Of a DNA stretch of 32,618 bases, positions 8,691 through 20,189 are shown piece after piece. A program made the position numbers and the translations under genes. Where the stretch lies: contig MRSU01000274.1 of the NCBI GenBank assembly GCA_008369845.1, positions 1 through 32,618 of the forward strand, in the 5' to 3' direction. Below the pieces are notes generated by a model. It did not search any database, had not been told where the DNA came from, and was given only the letters and a program-made list of their open reading frames with translations. The stretch is from Trichomonas gallinae. Taxonomy: Eukaryota. How positions within the stretch are numbered: the stretch's first letter is position 1; the number at the start of each line of letters is the position of its first letter.

Positions 8691-11600
8691 ATGAATGAGA
8701 TCGTTTCCTCAATGGAAAAGGATCTCAGGGATGTAGATAACCTTGTAAGATGTCTAGATTTACTGATAAAAGCAGCTGACACAGAAAAAAATGTCGATTC
8801 TTTCGAAAAAGCATTGCAATGTGTAAATAACTCAGCAAAAGTGAATCAAAAAGTCGGTACATATATAGAAGCAGTAATAAATTTCTATAGGCAACTCCTT
8901 TCTATGAAATCTTGCCAAAGATTGGTAGATTCAGTTCCTATTCATGCGTTACTTACGAATCTTTTAATAATTGTCAGAGAAAAGCCAATAGAATCATCCG
9001 AAATGCTATCTGTTATTTCAATTTCGATCGAAAGTCCACGACATTGTCCATCTTATTCAAATTCTCAATTTATTTCGCAGTTAGTTTACATAGCAAGACT
9101 TAATTCGAAAATTTACAAAATAATTAAAAAGATCTGTAAAATTACTCAGTATCTACACCCAAGACTCGGTGCAGAATACAAAGATCTTTGTACAATCATT
9201 GTTTTAATCTCTAGATCATTAAATCCACAAGATTCAAAACAATTATCATTCATGTCTGCCTTTGCCCAAGTTTCAAATGAAAAAGTCTTACTTGAAGTCG
9301 GAAATATTGCGATTCCACTTTTCACAGATATTTGCATGAAACAACCAACAAATTTCAAGATATGTAAATGTCTATTTTCAATCGCGTCAAAATGCCAGCC
9401 AGAACAATTCGATAAACAAATTATTCAATTAATCGATTACAACTCTAAATCAATTCGTGAGGATTCATCAGCACTTGCATCAGTCATAAGCATTTTGTCA
9501 ACAAAAGTCAATCCACACGAAATGCCAGCTTTTGTTGTTCCAATCGCTTATACTGCGCTACAACTTTTCATTTCCGACAAAAAAGTTGTTGAAGACAGTT
9601 TAACTGTTTGCTTCCGCGGCCTTGCTGCATCTGACCAGTCCACACACATATCTTCCAGTCTAGCAGCAATTATTACCTCCGTTATGTCTCAATATATTCG
9701 CGAAAAAGGTATCGTGAGACGTGGAGCTGCAATTTTGCATTCTTTGTCCGCAGATCCAGAGAACGACATTTCCCTTATATACAACGCTGTTCCTCAGACG
9801 CTTGTGCAAGCAATAAACGCTAACCAAGATGATCAACACACAGTAATGATGTGCACTTCATCATTGAGCAATGTCATTCTCGAAAATAAAACACTTGCTT
9901 CGCAAATTTCCAGTCCTGAAACTGTACAACTGTTCCAAAATCTCGCGAGATCTCATTCAAAGAATCCCAAAGTCATTAAACATATCGTGATGATTGTCGA
10001 GTCGATTATTCGCGTCAATTACGAAATAACTCAATTCATTGATATGCCAAAAGACTCAAAGAAAAGGTACCAAATTGATTCGAAATATGTTGCTCCAAGT
10101 CTCAAAAACGATTCAGATGATGATAACTTCGTACGTGCAGCCCTTCTCGTTATGTCTCCACGTGAGCAAAACATTCTGCTAATTTCTTCACTGATGATGA
10201 AGTTCTCGAATGATTACGATATTGTTGTTGAATCTCTTGCTTTCGGAATCAAAGATATCGGTGCAATAAACAGAGCATTGATGACAGCTGGTGAAGATGG
10301 CTTCAGATTTGTCGCCGAAACATTATTAAAGACAGAAGAGCCAATACCAATGCAAACAATCAATTTATTGTTGTCGCTGGATAATCCTGATGCTGTTGAA
10401 ATTCTAATGAAACAACTCGAACACGGAAATGATTCTGCCATCGCTAGCCAGTTCATTATGAGGTATCCTTGCCAAGTATCATTAGCCAGGAAGCTTCTGG
10501 ACGCTGGCTTGTGGTCACCGAATGAAGAAATCGCTGATGTTATTCTTGACAGTTTATGTTGTTCAAAGAATGACTCACAAAAGGTCAGCGATGTCTTAAG
10601 TCTTTGTTCTGTTGTTGGATTAACAAGGCAAATGCTTCCTTTGTTGCTTGATTTAATCAGCCTTCATTCTTCTAATACATCTGTTGTTGAAATATGCATA
10701 AAATTCGCCCTTAAATTCCCAGTTGATCCAGAAACAATAAGAGTTTGCAGGGACTTTAATTCAGTCATTAACATCGCATCAGCCATTTCAAAAATGTACA
10801 AATATGAGAAAATCACATTTCTGTTGTTAGCATTCTTAGATATTGTAGCTTCAGCGCCTGAATTAACATCGCAATTCTCCGAGCCAATGGTTTTGAGCGT
10901 TATTGCAAATTCTGCATCTGTATCCGACAGATGCGCGATGGAAACAAGTAGAATCCTGTCTTCTCTGTCTCATTCGAATGTAACCGTTGACATTTTGTCG
11001 AAACTTGGTGCATTGGACATCGCTTTCAAGAGTTTTGGACCAGCAAGTTTCAGATTAGTTCACAATTTAGTTTCTCGTGGATGCAAATTAAATGATAATC
11101 AAACAGAAACAATAACAAGTGAATTTGATTCACACGCAGCTTCTCATGACCCAGAAACTGCTTTGGCACTTGCAGAACTTATGCTAGATCTCGTTGAAAC
11201 ACAAGAAAATCTTCCAAATTTGCCAAGCAAGAAATCTCTATGTCAAATCTTAACAACGCACGCTAGCGATCCATCTCTCATTGAAACAGCAGCTAGAGTT
11301 GTCTCTTATTTGAAGATAGAAGCAGATGATGAAGAATTGGTTTTCGCTATGTCAAACGCGATGAAAGCAAATGCGAATGTTTTTAGAACAGTCTTTGCCA
11401 TTGTTACTGTTTTCAGTTCTGTTAATCGCCTTGATGTTCCATCACTAGATTCGCCAACAGTTGTTCAGGGACTTGCTGATATTGCTGAGATATATGGAAA
11501 TGATTCGGCGATTGTTGTTCCTGTCCTTCAGATATTAAAAGGAAGAAAAGAAGCAGTAAAAGTCGCCTGCAAATGTCTATCATTGTTCAATGGTGATGAA

Positions 11601-12587
11601 GAAGTTGCAGCAATTGCACAGTATTTATTATCATGCGGCCAATGCGATTACACTCATTTTATTGGCGACATTCTCAATGCAATTGCACAGCATAGAAATT
11701 CATTTGACGTTGTCACTTGTTTGGCTCCTGTTGTTTATTTCGCGAGTGAAAACGAAAAGATCCATAAAAATATCTTGCAATTCCTCCCAACATTACTCGA
11801 TGCGAGTGCCAGATTCGTATCAAGCAACAGATTGTCGAGAGCTGTTCCGGCAATCATTTATAAGTTATCTGAAAATCTAGATGTTGTTCAGCAACTTTCT
11901 GACTGTCCACAGCAAATAGCATCAATATTAAGAGCATGGCCTAACGATGCACAAATCAACCAGGCATGTACTGGTATCATTGCCAACTTCGCAGCTGCTG
12001 GATCCGCTGAATTGTTCAGATGCTGTCTTCCAATGATTGTCTTGAAACTTGACAAACCAGAATTCATCGAAACAACATGCGAAGCTGTTATGAGTCTATC
12101 TCCTGTCTGCGGTGCATATGCTCCTGCAATAACAGATAAACTGTTTGGCATTTTGATACAATCAATGGGCTCTGAAGATGAAAGTCTCACGAAAATTGTT
12201 TCTGAGTCTCTCCAGCAGTTATCTAAGAACGATAACGTCGAAGTTTGCATCTACGCAAAGCTCAAAGACGTTTTTGAAATACTTAGAAGTGATGCTGCCG
12301 ATGACCTCAAGATCAACATGATTGGCTTCTGCATGAATCTCCACAGTGTGAGAAGAGTTGACGACTTTAAGCCATACATGGAATATTTGATGAAATTATT
12401 GGAGGGACCAAAGCTAAAAGTGGCAACAAGTGCTGGAGGACTGATGCTACAAATTGCTCGCTTGAAGCCTGATCTCGTAGACCCGTTCTTGAACAGAGTT
12501 ATGGCTGTTGGAAAAGTATCGAGCGGAGATCAGTTGAGAATGTGCATTGCTATCAAAGATCAGATATTCGGACTCAAGAAGAACTAG
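8691..12587 (+). CDS. Large ARM/HEAT-repeat protein
   Basis: 1298-aa all-helical ORF with ARM-like segments (e.g. IASILRAWPNDAQINQACTGIIANFA). Confidence 0.75.
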   Translation: MNEIVSSMEKDLRDVDNLVRCLDLLIKAADTEKNVDSFEKALQCVNNSAKVNQKVGTYIEAVINFYRQLLSMKSCQRLVDSVPIHALLTNLLIIVREKPIESSEMLSVISISIESPRHCPSYSNSQFISQLVYIARLNSKIYKIIKKICKITQYLHPRLGAEYKDLCTIIVLISRSLNPQDSKQLSFMSAFAQVSNEKVLLEVGNIAIPLFTDICMKQPTNFKICKCLFSIASKCQPEQFDKQIIQLIDYNSKSIREDSSALASVISILSTKVNPHEMPAFVVPIAYTALQLFISDKKVVEDSLTVCFRGLAASDQSTHISSSLAAIITSVMSQYIREKGIVRRGAAILHSLSADPENDISLIYNAVPQTLVQAINANQDDQHTVMMCTSSLSNVILENKTLASQISSPETVQLFQNLARSHSKNPKVIKHIVMIVESIIRVNYEITQFIDMPKDSKKRYQIDSKYVAPSLKNDSDDDNFVRAALLVMSPREQNILLISSLMMKFSNDYDIVVESLAFGIKDIGAINRALMTAGEDGFRFVAETLLKTEEPIPMQTINLLLSLDNPDAVEILMKQLEHGNDSAIASQFIMRYPCQVSLARKLLDAGLWSPNEEIADVILDSLCCSKNDSQKVSDVLSLCSVVGLTRQMLPLLLDLISLHSSNTSVVEICIKFALKFPVDPETIRVCRDFNSVINIASAISKMYKYEKITFLLLAFLDIVASAPELTSQFSEPMVLSVIANSASVSDRCAMETSRILSSLSHSNVTVDILSKLGALDIAFKSFGPASFRLVHNLVSRGCKLNDNQTETITSEFDSHAASHDPETALALAELMLDLVETQENLPNLPSKKSLCQILTTHASDPSLIETAARVVSYLKIEADDEELVFAMSNAMKANANVFRTVFAIVTVFSSVNRLDVPSLDSPTVVQGLADIAEIYGNDSAIVVPVLQILKGRKEAVKVACKCLSLFNGDEEVAAIAQYLLSCGQCDYTHFIGDILNAIAQHRNSFDVVTCLAPVVYFASENEKIHKNILQFLPTLLDASARFVSSNRLSRAVPAIIYKLSENLDVVQQLSDCPQQIASILRAWPNDAQINQACTGIIANFAAAGSAELFRCCLPMIVLKLDKPEFIETTCEAVMSLSPVCGAYAPAITDKLFGILIQSMGSEDESLTKIVSESLQQLSKNDNVEVCIYAKLKDVFEILRSDAADDLKINMIGFCMNLHSVRRVDDFKPYMEYLMKLLEGPKLKVATSAGGLMLQIARLKPDLVDPFLNRVMAVGKVSSGDQLRMCIAIKDQIFGLKKN

Positions 12588-12901
12588 TAGTATTTTGTAT
12601 TATTATGTATAGATTTTAAAATTTGTTTTGTTTATTTATCAAAATTAATAATTTTTCATTTGATTCAAGAACAGCTAAAAATATAAAATGTATGATATGT
12701 AAAATGAGTAAATTTACATCGGTGATGATTGTAAGTCGTTTATTAAAAAATTATAAAAATTTAATTCGAAAGTTGTTGATTGGTTATTAGGTGAAGTTGC
12801 TAGTTTGTTTGTTCCTAGGCTAAAATATGTAAATATTTGATAATTGAGAGATAAAAATTATCAAGCTTGATTTTTCTTTAAAACAGGACAATATTGATAA
12901 A

Positions 12902-13381
<480 letters not shown>

Positions 13382-14333
13382 TCAAATTGAATTTTTTCTT
13401 TCTGTATTTTTATCATTCATTTCATTCTACATATTTATGTTTGTCACTTTTAAACTTTACAAAATTTTAAAATTTACATGGCAAATTTTTGGATTAATAA
13501 ATTATATTAACTGCATATTCAAATTAAGCATATTAAAGCGGCGATTTCGATGTAAACGATAATCATTATACATGTCAAATATAATCGATGTTGCCAAATA
13601 TGTTTTCAATCTACATATTATTTGACAGAAAAATAGTTTACGTGTCAATAAAAAAAATCAATTTCCGATCCCCTTTATTCAATTGATGTAAGGAATGTTG
13701 GGAAACTATGAATTAACTCTATAGGAGTAAACTTATCATTTTGCAAAATTAGAGAAAATTTACAGTCTTTTTTTGAATGGTAATATTTTGTGAAATTATG
13801 ATTTTGCGATTTTTAACATTATTATCATTAGCACAATCTATTAACATGATGAATTTATTATATTAAAATTAATAAAAATTAAAATATAGGCTAAAAACTA
13901 TATTTTTAAAGTTTAAATTATTAATATATTTTAAAAATTAAATTCAATTAAAATTGATTTTACCGCGTGAAAAATTCTCTACATATGTCTATCAACTGGA
14001 ATTTTAAATATCAGGCGAAGATATAAAATTTATCCGTTATTTGAGGAATTTTACCGAAATCATGATATAAAGCAATTTCTCATGTAAAATAATAATAATT
14101 ATAGGCTCCTTTACACAAATATACACATTTCAGTCAGTTTTATCAGTTTTTCAATGAAAATCTGAATGTTTTCTGATTAAATTTTTCTCATTTGAACCGC
14201 AGAGTAAGTCCAGTAGGCGGTGTGCCTCAAGTATTTGCAGGCTTTAATAAACAAAATGTGCTCAATGGTGTTTACTTTTGTATAAACGATTATTTTTGTT
14301 GTAAACTATACAAGGGGAAATTTAAAAATCCTC

Positions 14334-15332
14334 ATGGGAGATCTGATTGGTCGCGCATGCCTCTTATCAGTCCCCCATGAGTTCTTCGGGTATAGGTATG
14401 AAAGCATAATCGGGCGAGGATCGTTTGCCATCGTTGTTTTAGTAACTCGCATGTCGGATGGACAGCAGTTTGCATGCAAAGTGATCTCGCAAGAATACCT
14501 AATAGAGAAGAAATTGGTTGAATCATTCAAAAGAGAAGTCGAAAATTTCGGAAAATTAAATCATCCAAATATTTTACAACTTGTTGATTTTCTTTCAGAC
14601 GAAAAACTCATTTACATGATCATGACACTTTGTCCTGCAGGTGATTTGCATGGATATATTGCAGAACACGGTGCTTTCCCTGAATATCAAGCGAAAGCAA
14701 TATTCAAACAAATCGTTTCAGCCGTTGATTATCTACACATGATGAACATTGCACACAGAGACTTGAAACCAGAGAACATTTTACTAGAAAAAGACATGAC
14801 AGTTAAATTAGCTGATTTTGGTTTTTCAAAAGAAACTACAGGAAATCAGCTGATGAAGACAAAATGTGGTTCGCCGATATATACAGCGCCAGAAATCATT
14901 ACACAGCCTGAATATGATGGAAAAATGGCTGATATGTGGTCTCTCGGTGTTATTTTATTCGTAATGCTGACAGGAAAAGTACCTTGGGAATCAGTATCCA
15001 ACGAGACACAGCTGTTTTTCCAAATTAGAACAGCGAGATACCATATTCCAGAAAATATTAATCAAATGGCTGCAAAATTAATCGGTGAACTAATGACCCC
15101 ACAGCCCGAGATGCGATGCACAGCAAAGGAAGTACTCACACATCCTTGGTTGCAGGAGAATTCAAGAAATTATTGTGCTTCACATGTTATTCAAAATAGA
15201 AGGACTCTGCTTCAAGAATCAGGCAGGCAGTCCGTTAGAGTCATCCAAAAGAGAATTGGAGCATCAATGAGAATGAAAGATCCGCCATTAACACGAAGAG
15301 TTCAAACACATGAGCCAGAACCTCTTCTATAA
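14334..15332 (+). CDS. CAMK-family Ser/Thr protein kinase
   Basis: GRGSFA, FACK, HRDLKPEN, DFG, CGSPIYTAPE, DMWSLG. Confidence 0.93.
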   Translation: MGDLIGRACLLSVPHEFFGYRYESIIGRGSFAIVVLVTRMSDGQQFACKVISQEYLIEKKLVESFKREVENFGKLNHPNILQLVDFLSDEKLIYMIMTLCPAGDLHGYIAEHGAFPEYQAKAIFKQIVSAVDYLHMMNIAHRDLKPENILLEKDMTVKLADFGFSKETTGNQLMKTKCGSPIYTAPEIITQPEYDGKMADMWSLGVILFVMLTGKVPWESVSNETQLFFQIRTARYHIPENINQMAAKLIGELMTPQPEMRCTAKEVLTHPWLQENSRNYCASHVIQNRRTLLQESGRQSVRVIQKRIGASMRMKDPPLTRRVQTHEPEPLL

Positions 15333-15629
15333 TTGTTTCTTTTTTGTATCTAATAAATGTTTGTTTTGTTTGTATAGTTAATCATAAAAATTTTATTCAT
15401 TGTTTTTCAAAACATCGGATTTAAAGAATTTGTCATACAAAAATGTACATAACATCAATCAGATAGCACGAATTTAACTCACTTTTAATATAAATCAGTT
15501 AATTTTTTCTTGAACAATTATATTTTCTAATATCTCATGATATTTTTAAAGTTTTTATTTGAATAAAGCTATGATAGATTAGTTTTTGTAGACGAAAATA
15601 CTTAAATTCGCTTCAAAAAATATTTTAGT

Positions 15630-16460
15630 CTATAATGTAATTTCTTTCGCCGCTTCATCGAAATCAGCATCAAGCTCCTCAATAGTACCAGAATATTGAC
15701 CCTTTGAAGATCTGATGAGTGTAATATCATTCGAAACTCTCTCTGCATCAGCCTGTTGGAAAGAGAGAGCGAGATTGTTGATAGTCATGTTAATATCGCT
15801 TGGGAACTGTTCTGTTGCATTCTTTAAATCATCTTCTACTTTTTCATATTCTTTGTTCAAAAAGTGGCATGTTGCAACCAAGCTATCAAGTAATGGAGAT
15901 GTTAAACCATCATACCTATCCTTCTGATCGAGAAGATTGTTGAGAGCATCAGTAATATCTTCTTGTGTTCTAATTGCAATAACCGCGCGAGCAATATCAG
16001 AAAGAGATTTCGTATTGATATTTTTGTACTCTTCTAATGCTAAGTCTGTTCTGTTAAGACCTAAAAGAGCCTGAATTCTAATCAATGATGCTTCCGGGTA
16101 TTTAGAATCAGCGATTGCGACAAGAGCTTCGCCTGGTTTGTTGCAGTTTAATAAGCAGATAGCGCAACAGACAGCATAATATGAGCTTGTCGCTTTAATT
16201 TGTGGATCCATATGATCTTCGTAGTATTTTTCAATTTCTTCATTTGAATTTAATTTCATTACATTTGCTAACAAGTTTATTCCTTTGCCCATTGGCGTAT
16301 CAAGTTTCTTCGTTTGATTGATTACGAAATCAATTTTGCCTAAAGCAAGGTTTGATCTGAATGCCATAAACTGGCCATCTTCAGGCATACCTGCTTTTGA
16401 GCCTTCTACAGATGCCTTTTGATAAAAGCCGAGATAGTAATAATCTTGGAGATCCTCCAT
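15630..16460 (-). CDS. Coatomer epsilon subunit (COPE)-like TPR protein
   Basis: N-terminal LQDYYYLGFYQKA, LLGLNRTDLA and C-terminal DADFDEAA match the epsilon-COP pattern; 276 aa. Confidence 0.8.
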   Translation of the reverse strand: MEDLQDYYYLGFYQKASVEGSKAGMPEDGQFMAFRSNLALGKIDFVINQTKKLDTPMGKGINLLANVMKLNSNEEIEKYYEDHMDPQIKATSSYYAVCCAICLLNCNKPGEALVAIADSKYPEASLIRIQALLGLNRTDLALEEYKNINTKSLSDIARAVIAIRTQEDITDALNNLLDQKDRYDGLTSPLLDSLVATCHFLNKEYEKVEDDLKNATEQFPSDINMTINNLALSFQQADAERVSNDITLIRSSKGQYSGTIEELDADFDEAAKEITL

Positions 16461-17197
16461 TTTTTTTATTTTTTTTGCAATTAAATTTTATTATAAAATA
16501 TAATAGAATATACAAAAATTTTCACTTTTTACCAATAAATGTTCGCTCAAATATGAAGATTTTTTTAATTATTTTTTTTGACAATTTTACATGTCAAATA
16601 GTCACTTTTTGATAAATTTTGTCAAAAATCATTATTTTCAAATCACTTATAATTTTGCAAAAATCTATGGAGTTATAGTATCCCTATGACATACATAGTT
16701 TACTATATAAGCTTGGTAAAGCTTATTTAACTTTTGATTTCTATCTTGATAGTAATTCAACATTGTAAAAATGGCTTAAATACAATCATATACAAATATA
16801 AATTATCGAATATAAACTATATGTAACTCAAAAAGTAATAATTATGAAGAAGCTCCAGACAATTCTTGTATTGCTATATTTTTAAACACTAATACTCTAT
16901 TTTATCAATATTTAGAAACTATATTCTATATATACTATTAAAATATTCTTACAATATGAATTAAATGCAGATTTTTTCAGTTGAAATATGATATGCTCAG
17001 AAATTTGTGTATAACAACAATATTGCTCTTCATTATTCAACAGTGTAAGTCAATATATAAATTCCGGTAGAATTTGGGAAAAATATGAAATTAATAAAAT
17101 CTCGAAATAAATTAAAAATCGCATTTGAGTGTCGCTAAACTGTAAATCAATAAACATATTTAATGCGGAAGTGAAGTAAAAAGAGAAATAATAAAAT

Positions 17198-17773
17198 TCA
17201 GCAGCAAGCACGCTCTTTTTGTTCTTCCAATGGAGATTTTGGAATGAAAACAGTTGTTTGCTGTTGGCATGCATCAGAAGCAAGACTTTTCGTAGCAACT
17301 GAATAGAATAATGTGTCAATTCCTGCTCCTGTGACGGCAGAAGTTTGCAAAAATTCCATTTCTGTTCCTTTATATTCTATTATTAAATTATCCGCATCAG
17401 TAAAAGAATCGAGATCGCATTTGTTTCCGACGACAATGATGTTTGGAATAGCAAAATCATCAACGACACTTTCTATCCAACTGTATACGTGATCATATGA
17501 TTCTTTGTTTGTTAAATCAAAAACTACAATCGCAACTGTTGCACCTCTTGCGTACATTGGCACCAAGCACTTAAATTCTTCTTGTCCAGCTGTATCCCAT
17601 ACGCTTAAGTTGACAGTTGTATCATTAAGTTCAACAGAAAAAGAAAATGAATTCGCACCGATTGTTGGGACAGTTTTTTCATTCTTTTTCGCATAAAAGT
17701 TGACTATTGATGTCTTTCCCACTTGTGTATCACCAACAAGAACAACTTTCACCGGCTGGGAGTCATTCAGCAT
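17198..17773 (-). CDS. Rab-family small GTPase
   Basis: GDTQVGKT, PTIG, WDTAGQE, GNKCD, TSA, and C-terminal CC prenylation motif. Confidence 0.93.
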   Translation of the reverse strand: MLNDSQPVKVVLVGDTQVGKTSIVNFYAKKNEKTVPTIGANSFSFSVELNDTTVNLSVWDTAGQEEFKCLVPMYARGATVAIVVFDLTNKESYDHVYSWIESVVDDFAIPNIIVVGNKCDLDSFTDADNLIIEYKGTEMEFLQTSAVTGAGIDTLFYSVATKSLASDACQQQTTVFIPKSPLEEQKERACC

Positions 17774-18019
17774 ATTTTTGATTCTTTTGACACTTTTTAT
17801 AACGCAATCGTCTGATTTTATTTTTCTTCTGACTTCGATTGAAAATTATCATAAGATTAAATCTGTCTTATATAAATGCGTTCTAACAGACCCGTGGATC
17901 ATTGCTATGTGAACTATTTCCTCAAATATTATAGAGAAATCATGGTGACAATATTTTTGACATGTATACTTTACAATGTCAAAAATATGACACATTTCAT
18001 CCGTTAGAAGTAAGAGAAT

Positions 18020-18987
18020 ATGGAGCTATTTCAGGCAGCAAAGGCGAATCAGGTTGATAAGATTACTGAGTTACTAGGAAATGGAGCAGATGTTAATACC
18101 AAGGGAATTTATTATATTTTTATTTTGTTTATTTTTATTTTCATAATATTCATTAATTTTTCATGACGAAACTCCTCTTCACTGGGCTGCAATTGCTGGA
18201 TCTGTTGATGCTGCAAAGTTACTTATTGAAAAAGGCGCTGATATTAATGCACAAACAGAAATTCGTTATTAACTTTTTACTATATTCGTCATAAAATCAA
18301 AGAGAAACACCATTACAACTCGCAGTACAAGAAAATAAAGTTGAAGTTGTTGAATTACTTATTGAAAATAAAGCTGATCCAAATATTAGAAATTATGATG
18401 GTGAAAATTGCATATTTACTGCAATAAGATGGGGCCATCCTGACCTACTCAAGCCACTTATCGATGCTGGCGCTGATCCAAACCAATACAACAAGAAATC
18501 ACAATCACCCTTACACGTTTGCGTAGAATACAAAGCAGAACCAGAGGCACGCACACTTATGCTATACAAGGCTGATCCAAGATATCAGGACTCCCTTGGA
18601 CGCACGCCTTTCCATACAGCAGTTTTAAATCGCGATTCAGAAATGTCTAAGTTATTCCTCGAATGCGGCGATGATCTCGCACTTATACGTGACCATAGTC
18701 TCAAAACAGTCTGGGATGGCGTCCCAGAAGAGTTCAAGAAAACAGTTATTCCAAAAGATATTCCTCAGCCAGAAAATAACGGAAATAATAAGGAAGCTCC
18801 ACCAGAGGATGAATACCAGTGGCTTAAGGACAAGAAATGCTTCATGTGTCGTAAAATGGACGCTGAGAAGATTGTTTTGCCTTGCCGCCACTGCGTTTTG
18901 TGCAACAACTGCACGCCAAAGTTCTTAGAAACGCATTTCCAATGCCCACAATGTAAGATGGCAATATTCGGATCTGCCAGAGCATAA
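18020..18987 (+). CDS. Ankyrin-repeat + C-terminal RING protein, split by two non-canonical inserts (~18110-18161 and ~18261-18297)
   Basis: Three frames join into MELFQAAKANQVDKITELLGNGADVNTKG // HDETPLHWAAIAGSVDAAKLLIEKGADINAQTE // QRETPLQLAVQENKVEVVELLIENKADPN...GRTPFHTA...CFMC..PCRHCVLC..C..CPQC. The ORF track captures only 18559-18987. Confidence 0.8.
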
Positions 18988-19568
18988 TGTAAAGATTTTT
19001 GGATTTATTATATTATTATAATTAACTAAGGAATTCTGGAATAATGTGAGTTTTGAGTTGATTCACAATGTTCATGAGTATTTGTTTTATTATTCGATGA
19101 TATCTGATTTATATAATACTAAAGATTTTAAGATATTATCAAGACTTCATACCTTATTATAATATACATAACAAAATTTCACATATGCCATTTCAACAGA
19201 ATATGAAAATAAAAAGAGCGGAATTTCCATTCTTTTGTTATATTTAACGATTAATGATGAATCATTTATATAAAACTATTATACATGCAATAACACAGGT
19301 TTGATCAATTAAAATATCAAATCAAATCTTGTGTTCATATTCGTAATTTTACTCCATAATATCATATTGGTCCCATCATATAAAGTTGGAGTTGTTTAAA
19401 AGGTTATTAGAGTGAATTCGAAATATTTTTCACAAAATAATAAGAATTTTAGAATTTTAATTGAATATTTGAGATAAATGACATATAGATAATCTACAGC
19501 AATTGCTATTTTTCATATTTAAAGAAAAAATAATCGTTGTGAACGTTAGTACCAAAAAATCGAAGAAA

Positions 19569-20189
19569 ATGTTTACCCAAATGTATTGTTCTGAGCAAAT
19601 TCAGATTCCACCTGATTTGCCGGCAATCCTCAAGGCCTACTGCAAGGCTGTGTACAAAGAAACGCAAAGTAGCCAAAATAAATCAGATCTCATCGCATTT
19701 TCAATCAAATACTTTAAAGAACAACTTGATAATCCGCCAAATTCAGCCGCTGGATATAGAGTTACACTATCAGATTTCCACGATTTGCAAGAAAACCTTA
19801 TGACTGTTAAGAAATTAAATCAAACTTTAAAGAGAGTCGATTATCAAGTAGCATGTGAGAAACTTGGTTTTTCACCAGAAATATTAGCAAATATTCTCCG
19901 CCTCGGTTTCCCTGATGAAGATGTTATTGATTTATATAAATTTATGGGAATTGGAGCTACCCTTTTATCTGCAAACTTTGAATCTTCTATAACAAATCTA
20001 TTTAAGATATTCGAAGACCAAAATTGCCAGGCTAAATTACCAACACAAGCTTTGATTGATTTTGTTACATTCCTGCAATCAAAGGATCCAAATATACCAT
20101 CTTCATTCCTTGAGAAACTAAAGGCTAGTGCCACAGAGGAAATGATTGATTTAACAATGTATAAACGTATTTTTGCTGCTGATGAGTAA
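19569..20189 (+). CDS. Ropporin-like / radial spoke RSP11-like RIIa D/D-domain protein
   Basis: MYCSEQIQIPPDLPAILKAYCKAV...DLIAFSIKYF; first ATG at 19569; stop overlaps TAAA. Confidence 0.85.
   Translation: MFTQMYCSEQIQIPPDLPAILKAYCKAVYKETQSSQNKSDLIAFSIKYFKEQLDNPPNSAAGYRVTLSDFHDLQENLMTVKKLNQTLKRVDYQVACEKLGFSPEILANILRLGFPDEDVIDLYKFMGIGATLLSANFESSITNLFKIFEDQNCQAKLPTQALIDFVTFLQSKDPNIPSSFLEKLKASATEEMIDLTMYKRIFAADE

Noticed and set aside
18107..18297. U12-type AT-AC introns as the explanation of the inserts
   Set aside because: The inserts start with AT but lack the ATATCC 5' consensus, the TCCTTAAC branch site and a frame-restoring AC end at the expected place.
18559..18987. Stand-alone 142-aa RING ORF
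   Set aside because: It starts mid-ankyrin repeat; the frame is open from 18295 and homology continues to the ATG at 18020.
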